Source: Nitrososphaeria archaeon
Lineage (GTDB): Archaea > Thermoproteota > Nitrososphaeria > JACIWG01
Length of the DNA: 64,000 nucleotides
NCBI GenBank assembly: GCA_963752255.1
Contig: CAVVXT010000014.1
Coordinates: 96,001 to 160,000 of the forward strand
Direction: 5' to 3'
Under the pieces are notes generated by a model, which searched no databases, was not told the DNA's origin, and was given only the letters and a program-made list of their open reading frames with translations. Positions 28,899-39,467 of the stretch are shown piece after piece (position 1 is the first letter of the stretch; each line of letters starts with the position of its first letter). Both the position numbers and the translations under genes were made by a program.

Positions 28899-31748
28899 TT
28901 ATTCTATGAATATCGCAGGTCTAAATGGTAGTGCATTTTTTGCCTTACCCTTGGGATCGTATATTCCTTGCTGGTTCGAATGGACGATTTCAAGTCTGGT
29001 TCCTGTTTCCTTTTCAATATAAGACATGTTCTCTTTGTATATTTCAATTTCTTCGAAGTCTTTAATCTTTCTTATTTCATTAACTACGTCTTTGTCCAAT
29101 ATATTGATGAACTTTATTATCTGAGGAACATATGCCATCAGTTTCTTATCTTTTGTGTTTCCACTTATCTTTTTTATGGCATCTTTTGGGGAAACCCCCT
29201 TGCTCTGTTCATCAACGTAATCAAACACCATATTGGCAAGCTCCTTTGGAGCAACGTATATGTGAGCTTTTTTCATATCAGTTTTTGCAATCTTTTGTAT
29301 CTCCTTTAAATCAGATATTAATGACTCTACAAGTTTATTTTCTGTCTTCAGTATCCTCTCCTTCTCATCTAGGATTATCAGCGGCCACTCTTCTCTAGAA
29401 ATAAAGGTTTGTCCTCCGATTTTATGCCACAGTTCCTCACAGATGAAGGGAATGAAAGGTGATAACGTCTTTAACCAATAACCTGTTACCAATTCTACTG
29501 TGCTTGCTTCCGGTGCTCCAACCTGCTTTACGTACCTCCTTATGGCGTTTTGTATGTCGAAGAAAGCGATCTGGAACGCAGTCTTGGTCTTCATCAGCTC
29601 CAAATTTTCAGCCGTAGCAAGCACCATTTCCTTTACTTCGGCTACCAGTAGTTCTTCGAAGAAACCCCTTTCTCTGTTAACAGCTTTTGATCTGAGTTCT
29701 AAAACAAGCTCGGAAATAGAAGTTATCTTCTGAAGCATGAGTTTCGGAATGTTCTCGTTCCAATCAGGGTCGTCCATCTGCTCCGCTCCATAGATCAACG
29801 ACGCTCTGACAACGTCAGCACCATATTTGTCGATTTCTTTTGCTATTGTCGTAAATATTCCTCTAGACTTAGACATCTTCTTTCCGTCTATAGTTATCAT
29901 TCCGTTGACGCTTATTCCTCTGGGCCAGAGTTTCTTTGGAAAGATTGCGAGATGCTGGAAGAGAAAGAATGTTAGATGATTAGGAATCAGCTCTTTAGCA
30001 GAATTCCTGAGATCGACGGGATACCAGTAGAGAAAGTCTTCGTGTATTTTTTGGATTAGTTCGGGCCTTATCCCTGTCTTAGACGATGCTACGTCGACGT
30101 TGACTTCTTCCAATAAAACATAATCAAAGAATTCTTGATTCAACTGTTCTGGCAGAATTTCTCTCTCGTTCACATATTTACTTATAATATAATACGCCAT
30201 ATATATTGTTGAGTCGCTAAGCGTCTCCACTATCCAATCCTTATCCCATGGCATTGGGGTCCCCATCCCTGTCTTCCTTGCACAAGGCCAATTGTTAAGC
30301 CAGTCAACTGTTGCAAGTATCCATGCTCTTGCTTCCTCAGGTAAAACCGTCATAACCTTGACGTGTTTCCTTACCTCCGCCTTCCATTCCTCGTTGCTAT
30401 AGTTCAAGAACCATTGGTCACGCAATATTTTGACTATGCACCTTGTTCCACATCGGCATCTAACCAGTTCTGGGAGATCGAATATTTTGTCTCCAAGGCC
30501 CTTGGAAGCCAGTTCCTCTATTACCTTCGTTTTAGCGTCTTTGACGGTCATTCCACTGAGCTGTCCACAGTTCCCCTTCATAATTCCAGTATGAAATTCC
30601 TTACTGTAGATTGTTTCTGTGGCCTTTGCAGCTCGTTTGTCATGCTGGTCCTTAACACTCAATTGATCCACTATTTCTAACGCGGGATATTCTCCGAATC
30701 CTTCTACCCTGATGATAGAAATCGGTTTTATCTTACTAACTATTTCCTTTAATCCTTCAGGGGGCGATTCCTGTATGTCTCTTAATGCCAACCAGTCATA
30801 AGGCGCGTGCGCTGGAACACTGTATACAACTCCCGTTCCATAATTTACATCTACAAATGTGGCAGGCAGTATTGGGACACTCTGTTCTGACAGTGGGACA
30901 ACACATTTCCTACCGACAAGATCCTTTCCCCTAAACGTGTCAAGGACCTCCACCTTCCTGTCCTGGTCGACTATCTTCTGAGCGAATTCTTTGCTGACTA
31001 TCAGCATGTTACCGTTTATTTGGGCTTTTACGTATTCACCATCGGGTAGAACCCAGACGTTGGTGGTGCCATATATCGTTTCAGGTCTGAATGTAGCTGC
31101 TGCTAAGAAGGCATCATCAATTTTAAAAAAAACCACGTAGAACTCTTCAGGAGATACGCCTTCGCCTTCAAGTCGGTCATGGTCTCCTGTAGGGCTCTGA
31201 TCTAACGGGCACCAAACTACAGGGTGTGACCCCTTAACAACGAATCCCTTAGATCTTAGTTTAAGATACTGCCATTCAACAAACTTGCTGAAGCCTTTGT
31301 TATAGCTTGTTGTAAAAAATTCCCTGCGCCAGTCTATAGAGAGACCGAGTCTTTGCAGTGCTATTCTGCTTACTCCTGTGTAATATTCTGCAAGATTGTA
31401 AGGAGACGAGAATTTATAAAGTTCCTCTTTTGGTATGCCATCTATCTCTACGAAAGCTCTAATAACCGCTGGATCTCCCTTCATTAATCTTACAGACTGT
31501 CCTGCCACAGCCTCGCCAGTCCAGTGCCAGGCAAAAGGAAAAAGGACATTGTACCCTCTCATCCTCTTGTACCTTGCAAAGGTATCAAGCCGAGTGTAGG
31601 TAAAAGCGTGTCCAATGTGAAGTGGTCCATTCATGTACGGAAATGGTGCGTTGACGAATATTTTAGGTTGGTCAACTTTAACTTCTGCATCAAATGTTCC
31701 ATTTCTTGCCCATTCATCTATCCATTTTTTTTCATAGGTATTATCCAT
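28899..31748 (-). CDS. leuS: Leucyl-tRNA synthetase
   Basis: PYMNGPLHIGH, ATFRPET, LSDSTIY and KMSKS motifs. Confidence 0.97.
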   Translation of the reverse strand: MDNTYEKKWIDEWARNGTFDAEVKVDQPKIFVNAPFPYMNGPLHIGHAFTYTRLDTFARYKRMRGYNVLFPFAWHWTGEAVAGQSVRLMKGDPAVIRAFVEIDGIPKEELYKFSSPYNLAEYYTGVSRIALQRLGLSIDWRREFFTTSYNKGFSKFVEWQYLKLRSKGFVVKGSHPVVWCPLDQSPTGDHDRLEGEGVSPEEFYVVFFKIDDAFLAAATFRPETIYGTTNVWVLPDGEYVKAQINGNMLIVSKEFAQKIVDQDRKVEVLDTFRGKDLVGRKCVVPLSEQSVPILPATFVDVNYGTGVVYSVPAHAPYDWLALRDIQESPPEGLKEIVSKIKPISIIRVEGFGEYPALEIVDQLSVKDQHDKRAAKATETIYSKEFHTGIMKGNCGQLSGMTVKDAKTKVIEELASKGLGDKIFDLPELVRCRCGTRCIVKILRDQWFLNYSNEEWKAEVRKHVKVMTVLPEEARAWILATVDWLNNWPCARKTGMGTPMPWDKDWIVETLSDSTIYMAYYIISKYVNEREILPEQLNQEFFDYVLLEEVNVDVASSKTGIRPELIQKIHEDFLYWYPVDLRNSAKELIPNHLTFFLFQHLAIFPKKLWPRGISVNGMITIDGKKMSKSRGIFTTIAKEIDKYGADVVRASLIYGAEQMDDPDWNENIPKLMLQKITSISELVLELRSKAVNRERGFFEELLVAEVKEMVLATAENLELMKTKTAFQIAFFDIQNAIRRYVKQVGAPEASTVELVTGYWLKTLSPFIPFICEELWHKIGGQTFISREEWPLIILDEKERILKTENKLVESLISDLKEIQKIAKTDMKKAHIYVAPKELANMVFDYVDEQSKGVSPKDAIKKISGNTKDKKLMAYVPQIIKFINILDKDVVNEIRKIKDFEEIEIYKENMSYIEKETGTRLEIVHSNQQGIYDPKGKAKNALPFRPAIFIE

Positions 31749-31749
31749 T

Positions 31750-34503
31750 CTAGACCATGCTCTCTACATATCTCATAAGAGCTCCATGTGCTTCTTTAAC
31801 CTTTTCAACTTCGTTTCCTCCGCCCCTGCCAAATCTCTTATCGCCGCCTCCTGATCCACCTATTACGCCTGCGATTTTCTTTACGATGTCGTTTGCGAAA
31901 ATACCTTTACGTTGAACCGATTCCCCTGAGAAGACTATAATTTGAACAACACTGTTGGATGGAATCAAAGCAAGGTATAGAAGATCTGGCATCGCTTTTA
32001 TAGCCTGACTACCCACCTCGATGTGCGTGCTTTCTTCAAGGTCCGGGTCTATTGTAAAGTAGACTTTTATATCTATAATCGGTTCAGCCTTTTCTTTTAT
32101 ATGGGATAGACTAATTTCAGATATTCTTTTACCATATTTTTTGATCTCCTTGTGCAGTTCCTCCTCTTCGAGAAGGTTTTTTTGTAACGTTTCAGGAATC
32201 TTCTCCGGCGGAACAAGCAGCTTATTTGACACATCCTTTACTAAATCGGTCGTCGCCTGCACCTTCTCCAAGGCTGCGTCTCCTGAAGCAAAAATAATCC
32301 TTTCTACGCCATCCTGGATGTGCTCTACTTTGACTATCTTTATTAATCCGATGTCTCCTGTTCGATCCATGTGCGTTCCTCCACATGCTTCGACATCATG
32401 ATTTCCGATCTTTATTACTCTGAGCTCTTTTCCTGGTACTGCACCTCCTTGATATAGCCTATAACCGTATTTCTTTTCAGCCTCCAGCCTAGGAAGCTCG
32501 TATACTTTAACAGGTATGTTTTCTCTTACGATTTCATTAGCTATTTTTTCTATTTTCTTGACTTCTTCATCTGAAATGTTAGAGTAATGCGTTATGTCGA
32601 GTCTGGATTCTTTAATGTCCTTTTGTGCTCCCGCCTGCCATACGTGCTCTCCTAGCACCTTTCTAGCTGCGCCGTTTATAATATGTGTAGAAGTATGGTG
32701 TATAGAGAGTGCTATTCTCCTATCTTTATCTACGTGCCCAGTAATTGTTGCGCCAATAGATGGTACGTTGTCTACAGTATGAGCGATTACTCCTCCTATC
32801 TTCATTACTTGGGTGACATTTGCTTCCCCTTCTTTCCAAACAATCTTTCCTAGGTCTGAGAGTTGACCTCCACTTTCCGCGTAGAAAGCAGTTCTATCCA
32901 AGATTATGTTATTTTTCCATGTAAATATTACTTTAGCCTCAAAATCGAACAGTCTTGTGCTCTTATAGAACAGCTTTTCGGTGAAAGGAATTTTTTCTTT
33001 TATTATTACTTCTTCTAACTCGTTTGTCTCTTCCCTTTGAATCTTGGGCGCATGCATCTTAATGATTGACGAGAAGAAGTCGGATGGGATTTCAACTTCT
33101 AGGCCGATCTCATTTGCCTTTTCTTTGACCTGCAAGGGGTGTATTCCGTGCGATTCGTAGAATTCTACAAGTGTGCTGTTCGGCACCGTCTTATTATTAC
33201 CCTTTTTTAACGAAAGTAGGGTCTTGGAAACATATTCTATTTCTCTCTCTAGCGTCCTTTGGTACTTCTTTGTTTCCACATCTGTGAGTTCAATTATTTC
33301 TCCTCTAGCCTCTTTCAATTGCTTAAAATGCGGTGACCAATATCTTATTTGGAGCTCCATTAAATCTAATAGTTTATCTTCTTTTGAGAACTCACTTAAT
33401 GTTCTATAGATTCTCCGAAGTAGCATTCTTGCGAGGTATCCTGTTTTAACATTAGAGGGCACAACCCCTTCGGAAAGGAGGAATGAAAGTGATTTTGTAT
33501 GATCTAGAACTGCGCAAAGTTTTTCGAATGGCTCAATAGCTTTTCGATATTCTTCAAGACCCATTCCAAGTCTTTCTGCGACTAATTTTCTACTGTTAAA
33601 CAACAGCTGTGGGAATTCTACTTTAAATGCGCCCGAAAGCCTTCCTGTCTCATATAGTACTTTTTCATCTACATTTATTCCGATCATTTCTGAGAACTTG
33701 GGTAGGAGAGGGCCAAATATCGCATGGAATGCTGTTGATTGACCAGTGCTTAACCATGCCCATCTTTCCATCCCGTATCCGGTGTCAACTGTTTTTACAG
33801 GTGTGGGGATCCAATTCCCGTTTTCCATCTTATAACACATGAAGACTAAGGTTGAGATTTCGAGCCCATCGATTACAGCCTCTACTGCTGGTCCAGCGTT
33901 TCCTCCACCAGACCAAAGGTGTTCCTTGTAGGAGACTTTTTCGCTTTTAACTCCAAAAACTTCTGTTAAAAGTTCATGATGATACGAAACCGTTTGATCC
34001 TTCCAATATACTTGATGGTCAGGGTAATTGAAGGCGTGAGCTCCTCCCATTTCAAATATCGTCAGATGTCTTCCCGACGTAATTCCAACATTATCAATAT
34101 CTTCAAACCTCAAGCAAGGTTGACTTACGACAAGGGGGTTTGCTGGTGGCGGAATCTCCCCGTTTGTAACATATGGTTGAAAGTCGATAATGCTCGCTAT
34201 TGTAAAGAAGAGGTCGTCTCGCCATCTAGCAACTACAGGACATGGGTTGATGATTTTGTGTCCTTTTGACTTAAAAAAATTAAGAAATGTACTTCTGGTC
34301 TTATTTAGATCGAGGTGTATTTTCGTCGGCGGATTATATATGAAACTATTTTCGACACAGGGGCTTTCTCCGCAGACGTCACTAATCTGCTGTGACCAAA
34401 AGTAGGAACCACACTTCTTGCATTGTTGTCTAAGAAAATGGTTCTCTTTAAAGTATGTTAAATCGAATTCTTTAACGTCCATAGACATAATAATAATACC
34501 CAC
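31750..34503 (-). CDS. alaS: Alanyl-tRNA synthetase
   Basis: ASIIDFQP, DTGYGMER, FYAESGGQ, HxxxH and ACGGTH editing motifs. Confidence 0.97.
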   Translation of the reverse strand: MGIIIMSMDVKEFDLTYFKENHFLRQQCKKCGSYFWSQQISDVCGESPCVENSFIYNPPTKIHLDLNKTRSTFLNFFKSKGHKIINPCPVVARWRDDLFFTIASIIDFQPYVTNGEIPPPANPLVVSQPCLRFEDIDNVGITSGRHLTIFEMGGAHAFNYPDHQVYWKDQTVSYHHELLTEVFGVKSEKVSYKEHLWSGGGNAGPAVEAVIDGLEISTLVFMCYKMENGNWIPTPVKTVDTGYGMERWAWLSTGQSTAFHAIFGPLLPKFSEMIGINVDEKVLYETGRLSGAFKVEFPQLLFNSRKLVAERLGMGLEEYRKAIEPFEKLCAVLDHTKSLSFLLSEGVVPSNVKTGYLARMLLRRIYRTLSEFSKEDKLLDLMELQIRYWSPHFKQLKEARGEIIELTDVETKKYQRTLEREIEYVSKTLLSLKKGNNKTVPNSTLVEFYESHGIHPLQVKEKANEIGLEVEIPSDFFSSIIKMHAPKIQREETNELEEVIIKEKIPFTEKLFYKSTRLFDFEAKVIFTWKNNIILDRTAFYAESGGQLSDLGKIVWKEGEANVTQVMKIGGVIAHTVDNVPSIGATITGHVDKDRRIALSIHHTSTHIINGAARKVLGEHVWQAGAQKDIKESRLDITHYSNISDEEVKKIEKIANEIVRENIPVKVYELPRLEAEKKYGYRLYQGGAVPGKELRVIKIGNHDVEACGGTHMDRTGDIGLIKIVKVEHIQDGVERIIFASGDAALEKVQATTDLVKDVSNKLLVPPEKIPETLQKNLLEEEELHKEIKKYGKRISEISLSHIKEKAEPIIDIKVYFTIDPDLEESTHIEVGSQAIKAMPDLLYLALIPSNSVVQIIVFSGESVQRKGIFANDIVKKIAGVIGGSGGGDKRFGRGGGNEVEKVKEAHGALMRYVESMV

Positions 34504-34613
34504 CTAAAGGAGCGAATATAGTCTTTTCTCTTTTGATTCATGGTGGTAAAATAGATAAAAAGGAAATATTTTAAATAGTGGATAAATTAGCAGTTATGCA
34601 GAGCTGAATAAAG

Positions 34614-34913
34614 ATGGAGTACGTTTATGCTGCATTAATATTGCACAAGTTGGGTAAAGAAGTAAATGAGGAGAATGTTTCTAAAGTGATTTCGGCTGCA
34701 GGCGTCGAACCAAATCCTGTAAAGGTGAAGGCACTTATTGCTGCACTAGGGGAAGTTAACATAGATGAAGCGCTTAAAGCCGCTACGGTTGTCGCTCCTG
34801 TAGTAGCTGCACCTGCAGAAAGGAAAGAGGAAAAGAAGGAAGAAAAGAAAGAAGAGAAGAAGGAAGTAAAACAAGAAGAAGCAGTAGAAGGCTTAGCTTC
34901 GTTATTTGGTTAA
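34614..34913 (+). CDS. rpl12: Ribosomal stalk protein P1/L12p
   Basis: [11 protein letters not shown] start and GLASLFG end. Confidence 0.97.
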   Translation: MEYVYAALILHKLGKEVNEENVSKVISAAGVEPNPVKVKALIAALGEVNIDEALKAATVVAPVVAAPAERKEEKKEEKKEEKKEVKQEEAVEGLASLFG

Positions 34914-34918
34914 TCCCT

Positions 34919-35782
34919 CTAATTGAATCCTTTTTCCTTTAGAATATCATATATTGTTATCGCCTTTAGTTGATACTTCGATAACAACTGTTTTACATCA
35001 TCTTCTGATATGTAATCTGAATTTATTGCAAGATTCTGTGCTTCTAAATAGGCTTTAGCTAAACTTTCTCCAATAGTTTCTCTAGTGTAGTAGTTTGAAT
35101 TTACTGATATGTTCTTTGCGGAAGCATAAGCTGATACTATATCATTCCTAAACTTGTCCACGTCTAATGCTAGTTCATTATCGCTAACAACGATATCATC
35201 TATGAGGGCGTAGGAGATCGAAAGACCAGCCTTTATCGGCTTTATATTCAATCTGTTTAGTAATCCTGCCAACTTCGGTGATATTATATCTCCCCTCCTT
35301 GCAACTACTGTATCATTTGCAATCCAGATACTGCCGCCGTCAATCTTAGTTGCAACACTTGCTTCTTTAAATTCGCTTAGAACTGGACCAGGAGCTAATC
35401 CTGTGTTACCAGCCGGAATAAGAATCTCTTCAGTTGCTACATCACCTGCCTTTGCAGGTAATGAAATTTTATTCTTAGCCAAAAAAATAGATAAATTGAA
35501 TGGGTTCTGGTCAGTGAATATTAATAATATTTGTCCAGAAAATTTACTGCTGATCTTTTTAACTCCAGTGAGTTTTGAGCTCTCTAAGGCTTTTAGAGTA
35601 ACCCTGTTCTTTATGACTATAAACTTTGCCTCTTCTCTAAGTATCTTCCTAAGCATCATAAGCTGTACTGATCGGACTTTCTCAAGTTTTGCCAAGCATA
35701 GATACCTGTACTGTTTTGAAAGTGAAGAAATCTTGGTGAACAGTTGCTCCTTCTTAGCTGGATATTTTGTCCTCTTACTCAT
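34919..35782 (-). CDS. rpl10: Ribosomal protein uL10/P0 (short form)
   Basis: IKNRV, NPF and PAGNTGLAPGP motifs. Confidence 0.95.
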   Translation of the reverse strand: MSKRTKYPAKKEQLFTKISSLSKQYRYLCLAKLEKVRSVQLMMLRKILREEAKFIVIKNRVTLKALESSKLTGVKKISSKFSGQILLIFTDQNPFNLSIFLAKNKISLPAKAGDVATEEILIPAGNTGLAPGPVLSEFKEASVATKIDGGSIWIANDTVVARRGDIISPKLAGLLNRLNIKPIKAGLSISYALIDDIVVSDNELALDVDKFRNDIVSAYASAKNISVNSNYYTRETIGESLAKAYLEAQNLAINSDYISEDDVKQLLSKYQLKAITIYDILKEKGFN

Positions 35783-36438
35783 TCCCTAACACCCACCAAC
35801 ATGCTTTGAGGTTTAGACATTGTGAGCTTTACGAAAATCTTCTTGGTGTTCTTCTCACCTTGCGGCAATTTTTTTTCAATGGCGCTGTAAACTGCAAGTA
35901 TATTTTCCGCAACTTGATCATCAGAAAGCTCTTCAATGCCTACCTTTGATGCTACAGAAAGCTGGCCTCTAGTTCTTACTCTCACCGAAGATCTAAATCT
36001 CGCTATAAGGTTCTCTATAGGTGCTGTAGAGGGCACCGGTGTGGGCATCTTGCCACCTGGGCCCAAATACTGGCCAAGGGCTTTACCGATTCTAGCCATC
36101 ATAGTTGGATCCGCGCAGAAGAAATCATACTCTTTAGACAGACGTTTAGCCTCTTTCTTGTTGCCTTGAAGTCTGTCCAACTGCTCTGGTTCTACGACAA
36201 GATCTGCTCCAGCTCTTCTTGCTCTAAGCGCTAAATCTCCTCCGCAGATAAAGCAGATTTTGGCTTGGTTGCCGGAATAATAAGGAAGTTGTACTACTTC
36301 ATTTATTGTTATGTTCTGCTTCTTGAAGTCGATATCTTTAAGTGTAATCACTGTTTCAAAAGACTGTAGAAAATTTCGTTTAACCGTATTGCTTCTTACA
36401 GTCTTAATCAATGATACAATTTGATTTTTGGTAAGCAA
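35779..36438 (-). CDS. rpl1: Ribosomal protein uL1
   Basis: RNFLQSFE, LGPGGKMP and KLTMSKP motifs. Confidence 0.96.
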   Translation of the reverse strand: MLTKNQIVSLIKTVRSNTVKRNFLQSFETVITLKDIDFKKQNITINEVVQLPYYSGNQAKICFICGGDLALRARRAGADLVVEPEQLDRLQGNKKEAKRLSKEYDFFCADPTMMARIGKALGQYLGPGGKMPTPVPSTAPIENLIARFRSSVRVRTRGQLSVASKVGIEELSDDQVAENILAVYSAIEKKLPQGEKNTKKIFVKLTMSKPQSMLVGVRE

Positions 36439-36475
36439 TTCAACTCACGGACATTTAATCCAAAAGTGCTTCTTT

Positions 36476-36991
36476 TTAAGATTTTGCTTTCCCGTTCTCT
36501 TCTTTTAGTTTTTCGTCGTAGAGTCCCTTCTTTACCTCATCTAAAACTTGCTTTGGTGGTTTATCATCAACTTTTAGGCCCATACTTACACATGATCCTA
36601 AAACTTCACCAACAGCCGACCTCGTTGTTGCCGAATAGGATTTCTGTATACAGATTTTAGCAACTTTGATAAGCTGTCCAAATGAAATGTTTCCGACGTA
36701 GTCCTTTCCTGACGTGCCCGCACCCTTAGGTATTCCCGCTTCCTTCACCAATAAAGCTGATAGGGTTGGTATACCCACTCTTATGTTGAAAGCTTTAGTT
36801 TCAGTATCTACTTCAACAAATACAGGTACCCGCATACCCGCATACTCCTTTGTAATATCATTGATTTCCTTGACTATGGCAACAACGTTGACGCCCAGAG
36901 GACCAAGCGCGGGCCCTAACGGGGGGCCTGCATTAGCTTCCCCTCCTGTTATCAACACATTGACGACTTTCTTTTCACTCATTTTTCTCAC
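36476..36991 (-). CDS. rpl11: Ribosomal protein uL11
   Basis: ANAGPPLGPALGPLG and GSCVSMG motifs. Confidence 0.97.
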   Translation of the reverse strand: MRKMSEKKVVNVLITGGEANAGPPLGPALGPLGVNVVAIVKEINDITKEYAGMRVPVFVEVDTETKAFNIRVGIPTLSALLVKEAGIPKGAGTSGKDYVGNISFGQLIKVAKICIQKSYSATTRSAVGEVLGSCVSMGLKVDDKPPKQVLDEVKKGLYDEKLKEENGKAKS

Positions 36992-37435
36992 CTATTTTTT
37001 TGAAGACTTTAAGTAGCTTGAATCTACCGTCAAAGACAGTGGGTAAGGGGCGTCTAAAAGCATAACAGTTACCTCCATTTTTGATAAGTCAATTTTTGTC
37101 ATTTTAGCTTTCATTCCTTTGAATGGTCCCATAACGATGTCAACAACTTCTCCCACGGTATATTCTGTTATAGCAGGCTTCTTTATCAGTAGTTTCTCAA
37201 AATCTTCTACTTTGAGAAGCCCTGGAACTAGTTCCTTAACATGTTTAATACCCGAAATAGCTTCTCTAACATCCTGCCCACTTTTGGATTCGATTATTAG
37301 ATACCCTTTCTGAGAGGTAAGGTATATTATGCTATAGGTTTGGATCTTGTTTAGAATAGAATTCCTGTAGATAAAGTTTGCCGTATTTTCTTCTTGCCCT
37401 CCTGTCGTTCTTATAGCAAAAAATTGATTTTCCAT
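36992..37435 (-). CDS. spt5: Transcription elongation factor Spt5
   Basis: NGN domain (TTGGQE, KGYLIIE) plus KOW motif (GPFKG). Confidence 0.95.
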   Translation of the reverse strand: MENQFFAIRTTGGQEENTANFIYRNSILNKIQTYSIIYLTSQKGYLIIESKSGQDVREAISGIKHVKELVPGLLKVEDFEKLLIKKPAITEYTVGEVVDIVMGPFKGMKAKMTKIDLSKMEVTVMLLDAPYPLSLTVDSSYLKSSKK

Positions 37436-37444
37436 ATATCAGCT

Positions 37445-37621
37445 CTACACCTTTCCTAGTGAAATAAAACTCGCTATGACCTTAATTATAAAACCGATTC
37501 CTCCAACTACTCCCATGCCCAATAAAACTAATTTAAGGTAGAGTTTGAACTCTGCAAAGGTAGTTTTCTTGGTCAGCCTTAATGTGCTGGCATACGACTT
37601 TAGGAGGCTCCTTAAGCCCAT
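37445..37621 (-). CDS. secE: SecE/Sec61-gamma (58 aa, absent from the ORF track)
   Basis: Translates MGLRSLLKSYASTLRLTKKTTFAEFKLYLKLVLLGMGVVGGIGFIIKVIASFISLGKV*; canonical position before spt5. Confidence 0.92.
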   Translation of the reverse strand: MGLRSLLKSYASTLRLTKKTTFAEFKLYLKLVLLGMGVVGGIGFIIKVIASFISLGKV

Positions 37622-37659
37622 TTAAATCACAGCTCATAAAACCCTTCTTTTACATATTA

Positions 37660-38481
37660 TTATATCTTTAAAGCTTCTATTGCGTATCTGTCAAAGAAGT
37701 CTTGTAGACTCCTGTACTGTTTTGATGAAAGTCCCTTTTTGTCGACGAGTGCCTTAGGTTTATTGAGTAAACTTCTCTCAAATAACGAAAGTAACAGCTG
37801 CTCATCAAGGTTTTCGAGCAGGGCGTATTTTGGAACTATATGACCTATTGCTATGCGCTCTTTCCTCAAATAGTTCGAGAAGGCCGTCGCATAATGTCCG
37901 CCTCCGAATCCAACAAAAGCGTCAACTTTCTTAGGCTTTTCTGTTAGAGTTTTGAATAGAGCTCTTGCGACCATCCCTCCTAAAAACTTGTTATTCCATC
38001 TTTCCTCGTCACTTCCTATTTCAACGAAGAAGAGTGGTCTATTATTTTCTGTGGGGCCATGATGAGTTACTTCCATCGATAACGTTATGTTGTCCTTTTC
38101 TGGTGTCTGATATAGTTCTGTCAGATTGCGATAATATTCTGACATATACCATGGATTTGTATATGAGATGTGTTTAGGTTTCCCTCCCAGTATTGCTTCA
38201 TCTTGTAGGTTTCCTGTAGGATGCACGATCAAAGAATTCACTTTTTTTTCGCTCTGATGTTTTGCTAACATGATTATAAGATCTGATTCGTAAGGTAGAG
38301 CGATTTGATCTAAGAAGATGCTTTCAACGTTAATTTGCAGTAGCCTAAAATCTCCTTTTTCTAAAACTGCTTTTCCACAAAATTCTTCTGCTGTTTCCTC
38401 AAGCTGGAATTCTTCTGAAACCCTTTGGGCTATATTTACTCCTGCGGGATCTGTGGTCGATGCTATGAAGTTTATCTTCAA
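37660..38481 (-). CDS. dtdA: D-aminoacyl-tRNA deacylase (DTD2/DtdA)
   Basis: DPAGVNI, HPTGN, EVTHHGP, FVEIGS and GFGGGHY motifs; TTG start overlaps the argF stop. Confidence 0.93.
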   Translation of the reverse strand: MKINFIASTTDPAGVNIAQRVSEEFQLEETAEEFCGKAVLEKGDFRLLQINVESIFLDQIALPYESDLIIMLAKHQSEKKVNSLIVHPTGNLQDEAILGGKPKHISYTNPWYMSEYYRNLTELYQTPEKDNITLSMEVTHHGPTENNRPLFFVEIGSDEERWNNKFLGGMVARALFKTLTEKPKKVDAFVGFGGGHYATAFSNYLRKERIAIGHIVPKYALLENLDEQLLLSLFERSLLNKPKALVDKKGLSSKQYRSLQDFFDRYAIEALKI

Positions 38482-39428
38482 AACTTGATTGCACTTTCTT
38501 GCAAGAGTAGAAGGCATATTATTGCCTTTTGTACGTGAAGCCTATTCTCCGCTTCATCGAAGACGACCGAATTCTCGCCGTCTATTACCTCGTCCGTTAC
38601 CTCTTGGTTCCTGTGTGCAGGAAGACAGTGCATGAATATAAAATCGTCCTTGGCATTCCTGACAAGCTTTCTGTTAACCTGATACTTAGGTAGAAATACC
38701 TTAAGTCTTTCTTCCCTCTCTTTTTCCGAGCCCATAGAAACGAACGTGTCTGTATAAACGATGTCTGCATCCTTTACCGCCTCATTAGGGTCATCTAATA
38801 CCGCTATCTTATTCTTAGATTTTTCAGCGGCTTTTTGAGCGAATTCAACAGCATCATTACATGGCTTGAAGTTAGGTGGACATGCAGCGTAAACATTCAT
38901 CCCTGCGAGTGCTCCCCCTATGAGTAGTGTGTTACAGACATTGTTGCCGTCACCTACGTACGATAATTTTAGACCCTGCAGTCTTCCTTTTTTCTCTTTT
39001 ATTGTCTGCAGATCAGCTAATATCTGACAGGGATGATAGAGGTCAGAGAGGCTATTTATTACCGGAACCGTCGCCGCTTGAGATAATTTCATAACGTCAT
39101 TATGTTCGAAGACTCTCGCTGCAATAACTTCAACGTAGCGAGAAAGGACTCTTGCGGTATCTTCGATCGTTTCCCCCCTTCCCAGCTGAAGCTCATTTGA
39201 TGTCAGGTCAATGCAGTGTCCTCCAAGTTGGTACATTGCCTCATTGAAGCTTATCCTTGTCCTTGTGCTTGGTTTCATGAATATCGAAGCTAAAGTTATA
39301 TTTTTCAGCAAAGGCGGATAAACCTCATTTTTTCTCTTCTCCTTCAACTTTTCTGAAAGTTCTATAACTTCAAAAACTTCTTTCGCGTCAAGCTCCATTA
39401 GAGAAAGTAGAGATTTACCTTTAATCAT
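38478..39428 (-). CDS. argF: Ornithine carbamoyltransferase
   Basis: STRTR, HPCQ, SMG and HCLP motifs. Confidence 0.96.
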   Translation of the reverse strand: MIKGKSLLSLMELDAKEVFEVIELSEKLKEKRKNEVYPPLLKNITLASIFMKPSTRTRISFNEAMYQLGGHCIDLTSNELQLGRGETIEDTARVLSRYVEVIAARVFEHNDVMKLSQAATVPVINSLSDLYHPCQILADLQTIKEKKGRLQGLKLSYVGDGNNVCNTLLIGGALAGMNVYAACPPNFKPCNDAVEFAQKAAEKSKNKIAVLDDPNEAVKDADIVYTDTFVSMGSEKEREERLKVFLPKYQVNRKLVRNAKDDFIFMHCLPAHRNQEVTDEVIDGENSVVFDEAENRLHVQKAIICLLLLQESAIKF

Positions 39429-39467
39429 TTTATTCGCATATACCTCTTTCTAGAAATTTAAAAGCCT

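Noticed and set aside
34820-34870. GA-rich short repeats
   Set aside because: They encode the KEEKK hinge of P1/L12
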